63,926 bases of DNA, filler included, from Lama guanicoe (GCA_013239625.1; 192 parts of 192 records of this genome joined end to end with filler, not necessarily neighbours in it); one strand, 5' to 3'. Numbered from the whole stretch's first letter, positions 51,339 to 63,926 are shown. Notes: generated by a model from the letters alone, not told the origin. Numbers and translations: made by a program.

Positions 51339-51572
51339 ATGGAAAACAGAATACAAAACACAGAATTGAAAACGTGGAATGCAAAACACAGAATTAAGAA
51401 TATAGAATACCGAATACTCAGTATAGAATTTAGAATAAAGAATGTAGAACACAGAAATTAGAATATAGAATAAAGTATACTGAATAAAGGATTTAGAATA
51501 TAGAATGTAGAAAATAGAATATAAATAAGAGGATAGAGATTATAGAACCCAGAATTTAGAACATGGAAATTA
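51339..51572. repeat. Degenerate heptamer satellite (AGAATAT/AGAATAC/AGAATTT)n
   Basis: 7-nt periodicity across the fragment. Confidence 0.88.
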
Positions 51573-52075
51573 NNNNNNNNNNNNNNNNNNNNNNNNNNNN
51601 NNNNNNNNNNNNNNNNTTAATTAATTAANNNNNNNNNNNNNNNNNNNNNNNNNNNNNNNNNNNNNNNNNNNNAAGGTCCTGAGCTATTTCTAAGTTTTCG
51701 TTCCTTCTTGGGCCCTTCCTTTCAAGCTGTTCACACTGTTCCTGCCCAGAAGTAAAGTGGGGCACGTAACTGGGAAATGCCAGCATCTAACTGCTTATTA
51801 ACTCATTAGTACAATGATGGGTGAGCCATTCTTAAGTAAAGGGATACCCAAAGCCACAGGCAACGGGCTCATTTGCAGGTCATCACATTAGAACAGGGAT
51901 TTTGTTNNNNNNNNNNNNNNNNNNNNNNNNNNNNNNNNNNNNNNNNNNNNTTAATTAATTAANNNNNNNNNNNNNNNNNNNNNNNNNNNNNNNNNNNNNN
52001 NNNNNNGTCTCCCATCGTGATTTCTAAGGATGGATTTAGAACTCAGGCTTTTTTTTCCCCCCCTGCTCCCCTTAC

Positions 52076-52186
52076 CGCGCGCTTACGGACTCTGAAGTTG
52101 GGACGCCTTGGCTTCTCCTCATCAATGGCAAGGCCGAGGACAGGGTAGGCGCGCTGCATGGTCGTGCCCCTGGAGAAACTGAAGAC
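52076..52186 (-). CDS. Candidate complete 111-nt in-frame exon, gene not recognised
   Basis: Strong acceptor ttttccttctcttccgccag|, donor gcg|gtaagg; VFSFSRGTTMQRAYPVLGLAIDEEKPRRPNFRVRKRA. Confidence 0.55.
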
Positions 52187-52746
52187 CTGGCGGAAGAGAA
52201 GGAAAAGCAGATACTTTTGAGAACCATCATTCGCAGGGTTNNNNNNNNNNNNNNNNNNNNNNNNNNNNNNNNNNNNNNNNNNNNTTAATTAATTAANNNN
52301 NNNNNNNNNNNNNNNNNNNNNNNNNNNNNNNNNNNNNNNNCGTACATGAAACAGCTGGGGAACACAAGACATTGTGTAGTCGTGCCAAGCTGTAGAATTT
52401 AGCAGAATTCAATGGGAATTCAGAGAAAGAAGCAGACAACTAGAGATTGACCAGATGGGAAACATGCATGGAAGAGGTGAGCCTGTAGCTCGACCTGAAA
52501 GGATGGTAGAAATGGTAGAATTGACATATCAGAAATTGACACATTGTAACTGACTATACTTCAATTAAAAAAAANNNNNNNNNNNNNNNNNNNNNNNNNN
52601 NNNNNNNNNNNNNNNNNNTTAATTAATTAANNNNNNNNNNNNNNNNNNNNNNNNNNNNNNNNNNNNNNNNNNNNAAATATTATTATTACCACTTTTCAGA
52701 TTTGCCTTTTTGTTATTTAGAGTCTTGTACTGTTATGGGCTTAATG

Positions 52747-52908
52747 CAGTTGACCCTTAAACAACGTGCATTTAAACCGTGTGGGTCCACTTACGTATGA
52801 ATCTTTTTTTCAATACATGTACTACTACATGTGGATGCAAAACTGAGGACATGGAGGGTCAATTGTAAAGTTGTGTGTGGATTTCAGGTTGCAGGGAGAG
52901 TTGGAACC
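52747..52908 (+). mobile_element. Tigger2/MER8-like DNA transposon
   Basis: cagttgacccttaaacaac..gtgggtccacttac..gtggatgcaaaact..atggagggtc. Confidence 0.82.
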
Positions 52909-54010
52909 NNNNNNNNNNNNNNNNNNNNNNNNNNNNNNNNNNNNNNNNNNNNTTAATTAATTAANNNNNNNNNNNNNNNNNNNNNNNNNNNNNNNNNNNN
53001 NNNNNNNNGGTTTCAGTGGGGTCTCGGCTACTGGAGAGGGAAGAGGCAGGCTGAGAAGTGATAGAGGAGATCAGGTCTAGATGTCTCTGCTACCCCTTCC
53101 CTGGGCTTGATTCTGATCTGAGGCCCTTCCTGTCAGTGTCTTCCCCCATGTTTATCCCTTGTTGTCATTCCTGCTGTCCCTGGGAGGAGGTTACAGCTTT
53201 CTAAGTCCCGCGATCCTCTGCTGTCTCTGGGAGTGCCTGTTGNNNNNNNNNNNNNNNNNNNNNNNNNNNNNNNNNNNNNNNNNNNNTTAATTAATTAANN
53301 NNNNNNNNNNNNNNNNNNNNNNNNNNNNNNNNNNNNNNNNNNCTCTGTGTTCTCTGATAGGCAGAGTGGTGGTCCACTTCTTAATAGCCTCGTTTTCCCT
53401 GTGGGCTTCTGCTGATTCCACCAGAACATAACCCTTCCTGACTGTTGACAGAGTCACCAACTCCCTGGAGTCCCTGCCCGGCCCCCGGACTCTGACCTTA
53501 CTCTGGGCTCTTATGCCTAAGAACCTCTGACCTTGTCATATCAGTGTGATATTTAGGAGACAGGGTCCTGGAGCCANNNNNNNNNNNNNNNNNNNNNNNN
53601 NNNNNNNNNNNNNNNNNNNNTTAATTAATTAANNNNNNNNNNNNNNNNNNNNNNNNNNNNNNNNNNNNNNNNNNNNTACATCTCTGTATCTGTCACCACC
53701 CCAGTTAAGACACGAAATATCTCCACCACTCCAAAAAGTTTCCTCATGCCCCTTTCAGAACATCCCCCGGCCCCCACTCCCAGATGGCAACCAGAGATTG
53801 GTTCTGCGTCTTCCAGAATTTCTCGTTAAGTGAGATTGTACAGCACGAGCCCTGAGCCTCTCTGCTTCTGCTCAGCGTGTGTGTGAGACTGATCCGAGCT
53901 GCTGTGTGCANNNNNNNNNNNNNNNNNNNNNNNNNNNNNNNNNNNNNNNNNNNNTTAATTAATTAANNNNNNNNNNNNNNNNNNNNNNNNNNNNNNNNNN
54001 NNNNNNNNNN

Positions 54011-54244
54011 GGCCCTCATTAGGGGGTCCTGGTAACTAAAATTACTTGTAGAGGGGTGCTAGTTTGGTATACCTGAACAACCTGAGTGTACACTTTTAAA
54101 TTATTAATTGGAAAAACTTACTTACCAACTCTCTAGAGAAGGAAATTTTCAGTGGGCTAAGAACAGCTGAATTTGTGTCTCCACCAACACTTATTATAGA
54201 TCTCTTGGTTAGGGACAAATCTTCAACCAAGATCTGAGGATATG
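54011..54244 (-). repeat. Copy B of a near-identical pair (reverse complement of 28305-28537)
   Basis: Direct reverse-complement comparison. Confidence 0.95.
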
Positions 54245-56348
54245 NNNNNNNNNNNNNNNNNNNNNNNNNNNNNNNNNNNNNNNNNNNNTTAATTAATTAA
54301 NNNNNNNNNNNNNNNNNNNNNNNNNNNNNNNNNNNNNNNNNNNNTAAAGTTCACTTTCCCCGTCTCCTAATCTCCTACCGGCCCATGAATGTAAAGTGTA
54401 TACTGAGAAATACATGATGTTGGCAGCTTAGGGTAATGATAACAAAGTGAGGAAAAAAAGTCCTTCATTTATGACCAAATCTGGTTGTCCATTTTCTCCC
54501 GGTATGCATCAGGAATAATTTTAGTTTTACAGACTGGAAGCGACACCATTTATAAATAGAAGCATTAATACAAATGTTNNNNNNNNNNNNNNNNNNNNNN
54601 NNNNNNNNNNNNNNNNNNNNNNTTAATTAATTAANNNNNNNNNNNNNNNNNNNNNNNNNNNNNNNNNNNNNNNNNNNNACCCAGCAACCCGTGTCTGAAC
54701 GAGCCTCCGGCTGATTCTGACGTGAGCCGAGCTGGGTGATCGCGGCCTGAGAGGCCAGGCTCTGACCCGCGGTGTGTGCGGGGCACAGGCTCTCACGAGC
54801 ACCCCTGTAGTTACGGGCGCCTCACACATTCCTGTTTCCAGTACATCCACCTCACTGTAGCCGGGGGTCCTTCCCATGCAGCGCCTCCCCCCGAGGCGAC
54901 CTCACAGGCGTTNNNNNNNNNNNNNNNNNNNNNNNNNNNNNNNNNNNNNNNNNNNNTTAATTAATTAANNNNNNNNNNNNNNNNNNNNNNNNNNNNNNNN
55001 NNNNNNNNNNNNTAATTGATATATTTGTAACAACTCTCTGGGCATGGCAAGTAGGCATGATATTTTTCCACTTGACAGATGAGAAGGCCAGTACCTTGCC
55101 TAAGGACTTAATAAATAAATGCCAATAAATAAATGGCAGAGCCAGGATTCAGTGGAGAACTGACTGCCTCTTGGCCTGTGCACCTCCCCGGCCTGACGAC
55201 AGACGTGGAGTAAACGCGCCCTGGGTCACAGCCATGAGACAGGACTNNNNNNNNNNNNNNNNNNNNNNNNNNNNNNNNNNNNNNNNNNNNTTAATTAATT
55301 AANNNNNNNNNNNNNNNNNNNNNNNNNNNNNNNNNNNNNNNNNNNNTAGAAGTGAAATCATAAAATATGTAGCCTTTGAGTCTGGCTTCTTTCTCTTAGC
55401 ATAGTTTTTTCAAGGTTCACCCATGTTATAGCTCTTCAAGTGACACATTTTAAAGGCACCTCTCTGAACCTAGCTGCATCCTCTGTTTTAAAGAAGCAGC
55501 TGACAAGCAAAGCTGTATTTAATTTGGCCCACAAGAGACAAAACAAAATAGGACATTGTAAGTGTGAGCAAATAAAAAGANNNNNNNNNNNNNNNNNNNN
55601 NNNNNNNNNNNNNNNNNNNNNNNNTTAATTAATTAANNNNNNNNNNNNNNNNNNNNNNNNNNNNNNNNNNNNNNNNNNNNGAAAAGTAAACAGAGTCCAA
55701 GAAAATGTAAAATGTGTATTGTGAAAAGACACATGTCTGAAAAATGGATTTTAAGGGAAATATAGGTATAAGAGGCATGAAAGAGAAATGTAAGAGAGGA
55801 TTAAATAAAAATAGAAATGATTTTAACTATTGCCACTCACAATGATATCATCATTTATATCATATTATATATATACACGCATATATATAAATGATGAGAT
55901 TCTTACTCCAGAAANNNNNNNNNNNNNNNNNNNNNNNNNNNNNNNNNNNNNNNNNNNNTTAATTAATTAANNNNNNNNNNNNNNNNNNNNNNNNNNNNNN
56001 NNNNNNNNNNNNNNCAGTATTAAGACTCCTGTCACATTTCATGTTCATGGACCAAATTTTATGCCACTGATACTTTCATAATCTAAGAGAGGAAAGAAGA
56101 GCCTCACTTGCTGATTTCAGTCTGTCCATCCATTGTCTTTTCAAGGCATGTATACTCAGATACTATTCATTGGTTAAGTATTAGATTGGAGGCTCATTAT
56201 TCCACGGATATGAAGCATGAGCTAAGTGTTCCAAAGTATATGAAGTTTNNNNNNNNNNNNNNNNNNNNNNNNNNNNNNNNNNNNNNNNNNNNTTAATTAA
56301 TTAANNNNNNNNNNNNNNNNNNNNNNNNNNNNNNNNNNNNNNNNNNNN

Positions 56349-56582
56349 TGTAGAACAAAGAATATAGAATATAGAATACACAATACAGAATACAGAATTT
56401 AGAATAAAAAATGCAGAACACAGAATATAGAATATAGGATACATAATACAGAAAATTGAAATTTGAATACAGAAGGCAGAACACAGAATTGAGAAAATGG
56501 AATGCAGAACCCAATGTAGAATATAGAATACACAATACAGAACACAGAATTTAGAACACGGAATACAAATCAGAGAATTTAG
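56349..56582. repeat. Degenerate heptamer satellite (AGAATAY)n, same family as 51339-51572
   Basis: 7-nt periodicity across the fragment. Confidence 0.88.
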
Positions 56583-57156
56583 NNNNNNNNNNNNNNNNNN
56601 NNNNNNNNNNNNNNNNNNNNNNNNNNTTAATTAATTAANNNNNNNNNNNNNNNNNNNNNNNNNNNNNNNNNNNNNNNNNNNNTACCCCACTGGACTTCAT
56701 GTGAGTGAAAAGTGAGCTTTAATTGTGCAACATCACAGAGATTTTAGGATTGTCTGTTACAACAGCTAACATCACTCCCTGGAAGACCCAAAGGCCACTA
56801 TGAATATGCCTGTGTGTTTCTGGTTAATCATTCTGACTCTTTAAGTGGCCTGCAAACTGGAACTACATCACATTATGATGGAATCACTCTGAAAATATCT
56901 TCGTCATCTATGCCCANNNNNNNNNNNNNNNNNNNNNNNNNNNNNNNNNNNNNNNNNNNNTTAATTAATTAANNNNNNNNNNNNNNNNNNNNNNNNNNNN
57001 NNNNNNNNNNNNNNNNGTTTCAAGGGTTGGTAATTAACCAGCACCTCTGATTTAAAACAATAATAGGTCATTTGAGGACAGTAGTCTTTAGCCTATTAAC
57101 ATCTAAAAGTAATTCCTGATTAAAGCAAACCAGTGGTGAAACCAAGCTAAAAGGAC

Positions 57157-57159
<3 letters not shown>

Positions 57160-57198
<39 letters not shown>
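57160..57198. repeat. (TG)n microsatellite
   Basis: Read directly from sequence. Confidence 0.95.
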
Positions 57199-57201
<3 letters not shown>

Positions 57202-57346
57202 GTCTTTACTGTGATTGACAACACTATTATTTAGAATCATATCTAANNNNNNNNNNNNNNNNNNNNNNNNNNNNNNNNNNNNNNNNNNNNTTAATTAATT
57301 AANNNNNNNNNNNNNNNNNNNNNNNNNNNNNNNNNNNNNNNNNNNN

Positions 57347-57580
57347 CTCTGTGCTCACTTCCTGGAGAGCTTTTATCATAAAAGGATGTTGAATTTTATC
57401 AAAAGCTTTGACTGTGTCTATTCAGAAGATCGAACGTTTTTGATTCTTCAGTTTGTTAGTGTGTTGTTATCACATGGATTGATTTGCGAATATTAAACCA
57501 TCCTTATATTCCTGGGATAAAACCCACCTGATCATGGTGAATAATCCTTTTGATTTTGGATGGTTGGATTTTGTTTGCTA
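57347..57580 (-). mobile_element. LINE-1 ORF2 fragment
   Basis: Reverse strand encodes IIHHDQVGFIPGI*GWFNIRKSI..KAFDKIQHPFMIK. Confidence 0.92.
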
Positions 57581-58037
57581 NNNNNNNNNNNNNNNNNNNN
57601 NNNNNNNNNNNNNNNNNNNNNNNNTTAATTAATTAANNNNNNNNNNNNNNNNNNNNNNNNNNNNNNNNNNNNNNNNNNNNTGTTCACTGCCGTGGGACAG
57701 TCGGGTCAGAACTGCTTAATGTCAGCTGGGTTAGGCACACGGGGGCCACTGGTGGCCTAGCCTGCACCTTGCCGTGGTACAGGTTCACGTCTGGTTCCTG
57801 AGAGGAGTCGAGGAGGAAGTGAGACACAGTGTGTGTAGGCTGCTGTGGGGGGAGCCGGGAGGGAGCGGGGCTGTACCCATGCGCTGCACGTTTGAAGTGA
57901 GTGTGTTATTTTCCNNNNNNNNNNNNNNNNNNNNNNNNNNNNNNNNNNNNNNNNNNNNTTAATTAATTAANNNNNNNNNNNNNNNNNNNNNNNNNNNNNN
58001 NNNNNNNNNNNNNNAGAAATTCTTTACACATTCTGAC

Positions 58038-58103
58038 TATTTTTTAGGAGATGTCTACACACACACACATATATGTATGTGTGTAGACATCTCCTAAAAA
58101 ATA
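58038..58103. repeat. Perfect 26-bp inverted repeat with a 14-nt loop
   Basis: tattttttaggagatgtctacacaca (58038-58063) / tgtgtgtagacatctcctaaaaaata (58078-58103). Confidence 0.95.
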
Positions 58104-58682
58104 CACACACACACACACACATATTCGCTGTATTATCTTTGTAATTTCTGTAGGAACTGTAGTGATGACTCTCTCTCTCTTTCCCCCCCTAATATTGTAT
58201 TTTCTTTTTGATCAGTATTATTTGGAATATATCAATTTTATTAATCTTNNNNNNNNNNNNNNNNNNNNNNNNNNNNNNNNNNNNNNNNNNNNTTAATTAA
58301 TTAANNNNNNNNNNNNNNNNNNNNNNNNNNNNNNNNNNNNNNNNNNNNTATGGTGAGGGACTGGGGTGTGTTACAGGAATTGTAAATCAGTATCGTTGGG
58401 TTTTGAACTTGATGTCTAAGTATAGTTTCACAACTGGTGAACTAAATTTTCCTGGAGCCTTTTATAGTGAGAAAAAACACATCCCATGGTAGGAGAGACT
58501 TCAGAATCACAATTCTGGTTAAATGAACTAAGCTACCTTCCACATGTGAATGCACATGGAAAGTTTAATTTATTATTAGATANNNNNNNNNNNNNNNNNN
58601 NNNNNNNNNNNNNNNNNNNNNNNNNNTTAATTAATTAANNNNNNNNNNNNNNNNNNNNNNNNNNNNNNNNNNNNNNNNNNNN

Positions 58683-58778
58683 TGATATATATCTTCTTGG
58701 TTCAGTTTTGGTGGACTGTATGTTTCTAAAAACTTGTCCATTTTTCTAAGTTGTCCAATTTCTTTATTGGCATACAAG
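58683..58778 (-). mobile_element. LINE-1 ORF2 fragment
   Basis: LYANK..MDKFLETYSPPKLNQED. Confidence 0.88.
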
Positions 58779-61700
58779 TGCTCTTCTGGAATCCTTCTGG
58801 CTGCACAAGGACTCTGTGTCAGGCAGATGGGCAGGAAGAATGATGTGAACATTGCTTCAAGGCTTAATGCCAGATCACTAAGTCCTGAGTCAGTTAAGCA
58901 GAAAAGGAGACATGAGNNNNNNNNNNNNNNNNNNNNNNNNNNNNNNNNNNNNNNNNNNNNTTAATTAATTAANNNNNNNNNNNNNNNNNNNNNNNNNNNN
59001 NNNNNNNNNNNNNNNNAGCCAATCCATTTTACAAGGAAAATGCACACACGATATAAATCCCAGCTAATTAAGTTATTTAGCTGAAACACTTACTGCACTG
59101 ACAGTGCATCTCTCCAAGTGTGATATTTCTGATTTTGTGTGAATGTTCACATCCAAGTGTGGCATCCCACGTCTAAGTGTGACAAACCATCACACAACCA
59201 TTAAAATGAGTTTTTACAAAAGTTCTTGATGAATGAAAATGTCTATGATANNNNNNNNNNNNNNNNNNNNNNNNNNNNNNNNNNNNNNNNNNNNTTAATT
59301 AATTAANNNNNNNNNNNNNNNNNNNNNNNNNNNNNNNNNNNNNNNNNNNNGGCGCCATCAGCTTGTCAACATGAAACTCTCCCCCCAGCCCTCCTTGCAG
59401 CCAACAGCAAAAATGCAGAGCAATTTTTGGTTCAAAGGATTTTGGGACTCCCATGGTCTTCTGCCGAAAAAAGAGCTATGCCCTGTGGAAAGCAACGGTA
59501 CACTCCAAGATATCTGGGGATTAAAGTTTTACTAGAAAAAAAAAATTTTTAAGGAGAAGTCAAGTGATCTGAAATCGAGAGGTCNNNNNNNNNNNNNNNN
59601 NNNNNNNNNNNNNNNNNNNNNNNNNNNNTTAATTAATTAANNNNNNNNNNNNNNNNNNNNNNNNNNNNNNNNNNNNNNNNNNNNAATGGTTTTCCTCTCT
59701 GCTGAGCTAATTTGGTTTTATACAAGCCAGATATATTTCCACACACTGACAGGTCTCTCCATAGTCTGGTCTTGGAGTTGTATGTGAACCTACTGTGTGG
59801 ACACATGACAAGAAAGCCATCAATGGTCAAGCCATTCATCTGCCCATCTGATATCTTCCATTTGGCAGACCTCTCCCCCAGGAAGATGTTTTTTGATGAG
59901 TCAAATTCTGCAGCATAANNNNNNNNNNNNNNNNNNNNNNNNNNNNNNNNNNNNNNNNNNNNTTAATTAATTAANNNNNNNNNNNNNNNNNNNNNNNNNN
60001 NNNNNNNNNNNNNNNNNNGGTTCCTTCCTGCCAAGGTTTGCCATCCCCTGGAGAAGCAGGTTCAGGGGGACGTGGAAACTCTCCAGCACCTTCTAGATAC
60101 CCCCAAACCAGTGGCAGCTGCTGCAAGGGGCAGAAGTAGGTCCAAGCAGTCCTGCGGCGCCCCAGGCACCTGAAAGCCGGAGCAGATCTCACAGGCACTG
60201 AGAAGATCTCACGCAGGGACGTGTGGGGGTGGGGCACGGAGTTCCTCTTGCCNNNNNNNNNNNNNNNNNNNNNNNNNNNNNNNNNNNNNNNNNNNNTTAA
60301 TTAATTAANNNNNNNNNNNNNNNNNNNNNNNNNNNNNNNNNNNNNNNNNNNNAAAGAGCAGAAAGGATAACTAGAAGCGCAAAGATCAATGAAAACGAAG
60401 GAAAAGCCCCTGCGGAAACCAGTACGGGCAGCTCCTGCAAACGTAAAGAGGAGTGAATAAAACATGCACGAAAGAGCACGTGATATGGTTTTGCTATATA
60501 ACTTTTTTTAAAAAGACAAAATTGATTTGTAGCATTTAGGAATTCATGCCTACATGGTAAATCTAATAATGGAAAACAAGAAAGTCNNNNNNNNNNNNNN
60601 NNNNNNNNNNNNNNNNNNNNNNNNNNNNNNTTAATTAATTAANNNNNNNNNNNNNNNNNNNNNNNNNNNNNNNNNNNNNNNNNNNNTATATGTTTTATTG
60701 TTATTCTTATACTTAGAATATGGTATAGCATTTTGTTCCCCCCCCCAAAAAAAACCCCTTGTTTTAGTAGTAGGCTACGAGACCTCTGAGATTTCCTCCA
60801 AACTTGTCCTTATACTTGTTGCTTGCAGTCTTCCCCTTACCACTGATAGTCGTCTTTGCTCTCCTCAGTCTAAATGATCCAAATGAAATAGGTCAGACTT
60901 TGGCGCCCTTCTTCTCAGAANNNNNNNNNNNNNNNNNNNNNNNNNNNNNNNNNNNNNNNNNNNNTTAATTAATTAANNNNNNNNNNNNNNNNNNNNNNNN
61001 NNNNNNNNNNNNNNNNNNNNCCCCACAGGATGTAAGAGGAATACAGTTGAAACCTGAGGAGCCTCCATACGGCACCTCTGTGTACTGTGATGCTAGCGGT
61101 AAAGAGTCAGAAGACCACAATTATCTTTTACATGCAGAATCTCAAGGGCCTTTGGGGAACAAACTTGTCTCTGGTTCCAGCCTCCTCTTCCCTAAATAGG
61201 GGCAGCAGAGATGGGGCAGGGAAGGAGGAGAGGGGTTGTAGTTCTCAGACTTAGNNNNNNNNNNNNNNNNNNNNNNNNNNNNNNNNNNNNNNNNNNNNTT
61301 AATTAATTAANNNNNNNNNNNNNNNNNNNNNNNNNNNNNNNNNNNNNNNNNNNNACAGAGTAGGCTCTCAGTAAAGTCCATAAAAAAAAGGAATGGGTCT
61401 GATATGAAAAATGTCTCATGAGCAGGGGAGAAATGCATTAGGAAAAGGCAGAATTATACATCCAGGCTCCTCCTCCCAGGCTTAAGTTCTCAGTAAATTT
61501 GCTAAATAAAACGTAATTCTCAACTTTTAAGTTGTATGTAGGAGGGGCCAGAATGATCCCCACTGTGCCGATGGGGGACTGGGGAGACNNNNNNNNNNNN
61601 NNNNNNNNNNNNNNNNNNNNNNNNNNNNNNNNTTAATTAATTAANNNNNNNNNNNNNNNNNNNNNNNNNNNNNNNNNNNNNNNNNNNNTTAGATTGGAGC

Positions 61701-62356
61701 CACTTGGTCAGATACTCGGCCAAATAAAAACTCGCTCTTCTCTGCAAATAGCAAATACCGTTTTGGGGTGATCTGCGGAGGAGTAAGTCTGGAAATGAAC
61801 ACGAGGCATGTTGAACTGGTCTCTCTGGTTTTTCTATGTTTCCGAGGGCGGGATGCCTGCATTGTAGGAGAGTAGGGCGGGGACCCTCGTGGGTACCTGC
61901 ACGCACCCCATCCTCATCCTGANNNNNNNNNNNNNNNNNNNNNNNNNNNNNNNNNNNNNNNNNNNNTTAATTAATTAANNNNNNNNNNNNNNNNNNNNNN
62001 NNNNNNNNNNNNNNNNNNNNNNAGCAGCAGGAAGTTCAGCTCCTCTGGGACTTCGAAACCAAAGGACCTCCGGTAAGGGTGAATTCCACTATCAAAATCC
62101 TATAAAAGCATTGCTTTTCCTCGGGGCAATAGATGAAACTGTATTTCCTCCTCAGCAGCCTCTCCTACACGTTCTCCCCTTCTTCCCTCCACTCCTACCA
62201 TACTCACCTCCTGCCTGTTCCTCCAACTCACCAAGTGTACTCCTGCCCCAGGAACTNNNNNNNNNNNNNNNNNNNNNNNNNNNNNNNNNNNNNNNNNNNN
62301 TTAATTAATTAANNNNNNNNNNNNNNNNNNNNNNNNNNNNNNNNNNNNNNNNNNNN

Positions 62357-62590
62357 ATTTGGTAAATTATACCTATGTAAGCAGACTTGGAACAGTTATC
62401 TTTTCCCTCTATCTGATCCCTCCAGAGACTAGAAACTCTTAGATCCCCAGTGGCTCTATCAGATAAATCAAGAAAATCACCTCCTAACAGGTAAAGGAAC
62501 CTCAAGGCATTTTGAGGACCTTAAAGAGAAGAGAATTCACTTAAATCTGTAAGGCAAAAATATATGACAAGCCCTTGATGTGGCTTTCCT
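62357..62590. mobile_element. Possible ERV1 (MER4-group-like) internal sequence
   Basis: ggaacctcaaggcattttgaggacctt..gagaattcac..aaatctgtaag resembles non-coding ERV1 internal regions (from memory). Confidence 0.4.
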
Positions 62591-63926
62591 NNNNNNNNNN
62601 NNNNNNNNNNNNNNNNNNNNNNNNNNNNNNNNNNTTAATTAATTAANNNNNNNNNNNNNNNNNNNNNNNNNNNNNNNNNNNNNNNNNNNNAGAAGTGCTC
62701 CTAGGCACTGCCCAGTCCAGCTGCCCTCCGTGGCCTCTTACAGCGTCTCCCTCAGAGAGCTCCTTCTCCCTGCCCTGCCCAAGCACAGCCATCTCTCTCC
62801 CTTCCTAGGGGAGGCCCAAGGGATGTAGTGATACGCTCACATCAGATTTATGAAGTGCTTAATCTGTCCTGGGCACTGCTCCAGGTGCTAGCCATGTTCT
62901 TTCCAGCAACTCACTCTTTCCAACNNNNNNNNNNNNNNNNNNNNNNNNNNNNNNNNNNNNNNNNNNNNTTAATTAATTAANNNNNNNNNNNNNNNNNNNN
63001 NNNNNNNNNNNNNNNNNNNNNNNNGGAATAACATTGAAATCCTATACCTTTGCTCTTGTTCTCATCATCTGCACACCACTCTTCATTGTTGAGATTTATT
63101 TCAAAAGTCACATCTAGCTTCTGATTTGCTTGTGGCTCTTTTTCCAGCATATTTAGGTTAAATACAATGCTATATGCAAAATACATAGTGCTTGCTCCTA
63201 ACCTGTGATAAAGTTCACTCCCTTGTCTTCTCATCTAGGTGGTTATTTGTCCTCCTAGNNNNNNNNNNNNNNNNNNNNNNNNNNNNNNNNNNNNNNNNNN
63301 NNTTAATTAATTAANNNNNNNNNNNNNNNNNNNNNNNNNNNNNNNNNNNNNNNNNNNNGGTTTCAGGCGAAGCCGCCTAGGGGGTCCATGTCATCCTTTC
63401 TGTCTTTCCTCCAAGGTGTGTTTGCTAATAAGACCAGGAGCAACTTGAGGACAGGAACTACCTGTTTAGAGTTTGAATAAAGCTGTGTCTTTAGAAGGTG
63501 AGATTGGACTCATCACATCCCTGTGGACCCAGGCAAGCCGAGGATGCAGGCGGGCTGGGGCCTCCCCAGGAGTGCAGGTCTGGCCAAGAAGGNNNNNNNN
63601 NNNNNNNNNNNNNNNNNNNNNNNNNNNNNNNNNNNNTTAATTAATTAANNNNNNNNNNNNNNNNNNNNNNNNNNNNNNNNNNNNNNNNNNNNCCCCGAGG
63701 GCTACATGCCAGTGTGTACAAGGAAATCAAAGCAAAAAGTCAGGGGACTGAGGCCGGCCTCACACTGGGTCCACCTTCATCCAAAACTCACAGAGGTGCT
63801 CCATCCTCAACCAGGAGCGTGCATGGGCCACCCGGATCCCACACAGTGTCTCAGCTCCTTTGTAAATCTCTTCTCCCTGGTGGAAAATGTGTCATTTTTT
63901 TAAAAGTCTATAACACGTTTATCTGG

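Noticed and set aside
56293..56535. Hydrophobic Tyr/Phe/Ile-rich membrane-like ORF
   Set aside because: It is the reverse translation of the AGAATAY heptamer satellite.
59685..59839. Possible exon RFTYNSKTRLWRDLSVCGNISGLYKTK on the minus strand
   Set aside because: The acceptor is weak and ambiguous, I recognise no protein, and the opposite strand is equally open.

Overview
This window is not a contiguous locus. It is an artificial concatenation of about 190 tiny unplaced contigs of 230-234 bp. Each is separated by an identical 100-nt spacer (N44-TTAATTAATTAA-N44) that puts stop codons in all six frames. The content is mammalian, and the tRNA-derived SINE and L1 tails suggest a camelid (alpaca or camel). 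Most recognisable fragments are LINE-1 pieces, SINEs, MaLR/ERV LTRs, Tigger DNA transposons and simple repeats. Recognisable gene-derived pieces are an NLRP3 LRR exon, a complete SPTLC3 exon, a frameshifted RPS2 pseudogene, an uninterrupted betaretroviral dUTPase and a decayed class I ERV integrase. There are also several unidentified candidate exons and a CpG-island promoter with tandem CCAAT boxes. Because neighbouring fragments are unrelated, no multi-gene system can be inferred. The CRISPR-like periodicity is an assembly artefact, and I found no supportable novel biological system. The most interesting fragment-level signals are a reverse-complement allele or paralog pair, a CpG-rich LTR-like element with a perfect NF-kB site, a 26-bp perfect inverted repeat, an ORF1-to-3'-end L1 junction and a possible contaminant fragment.
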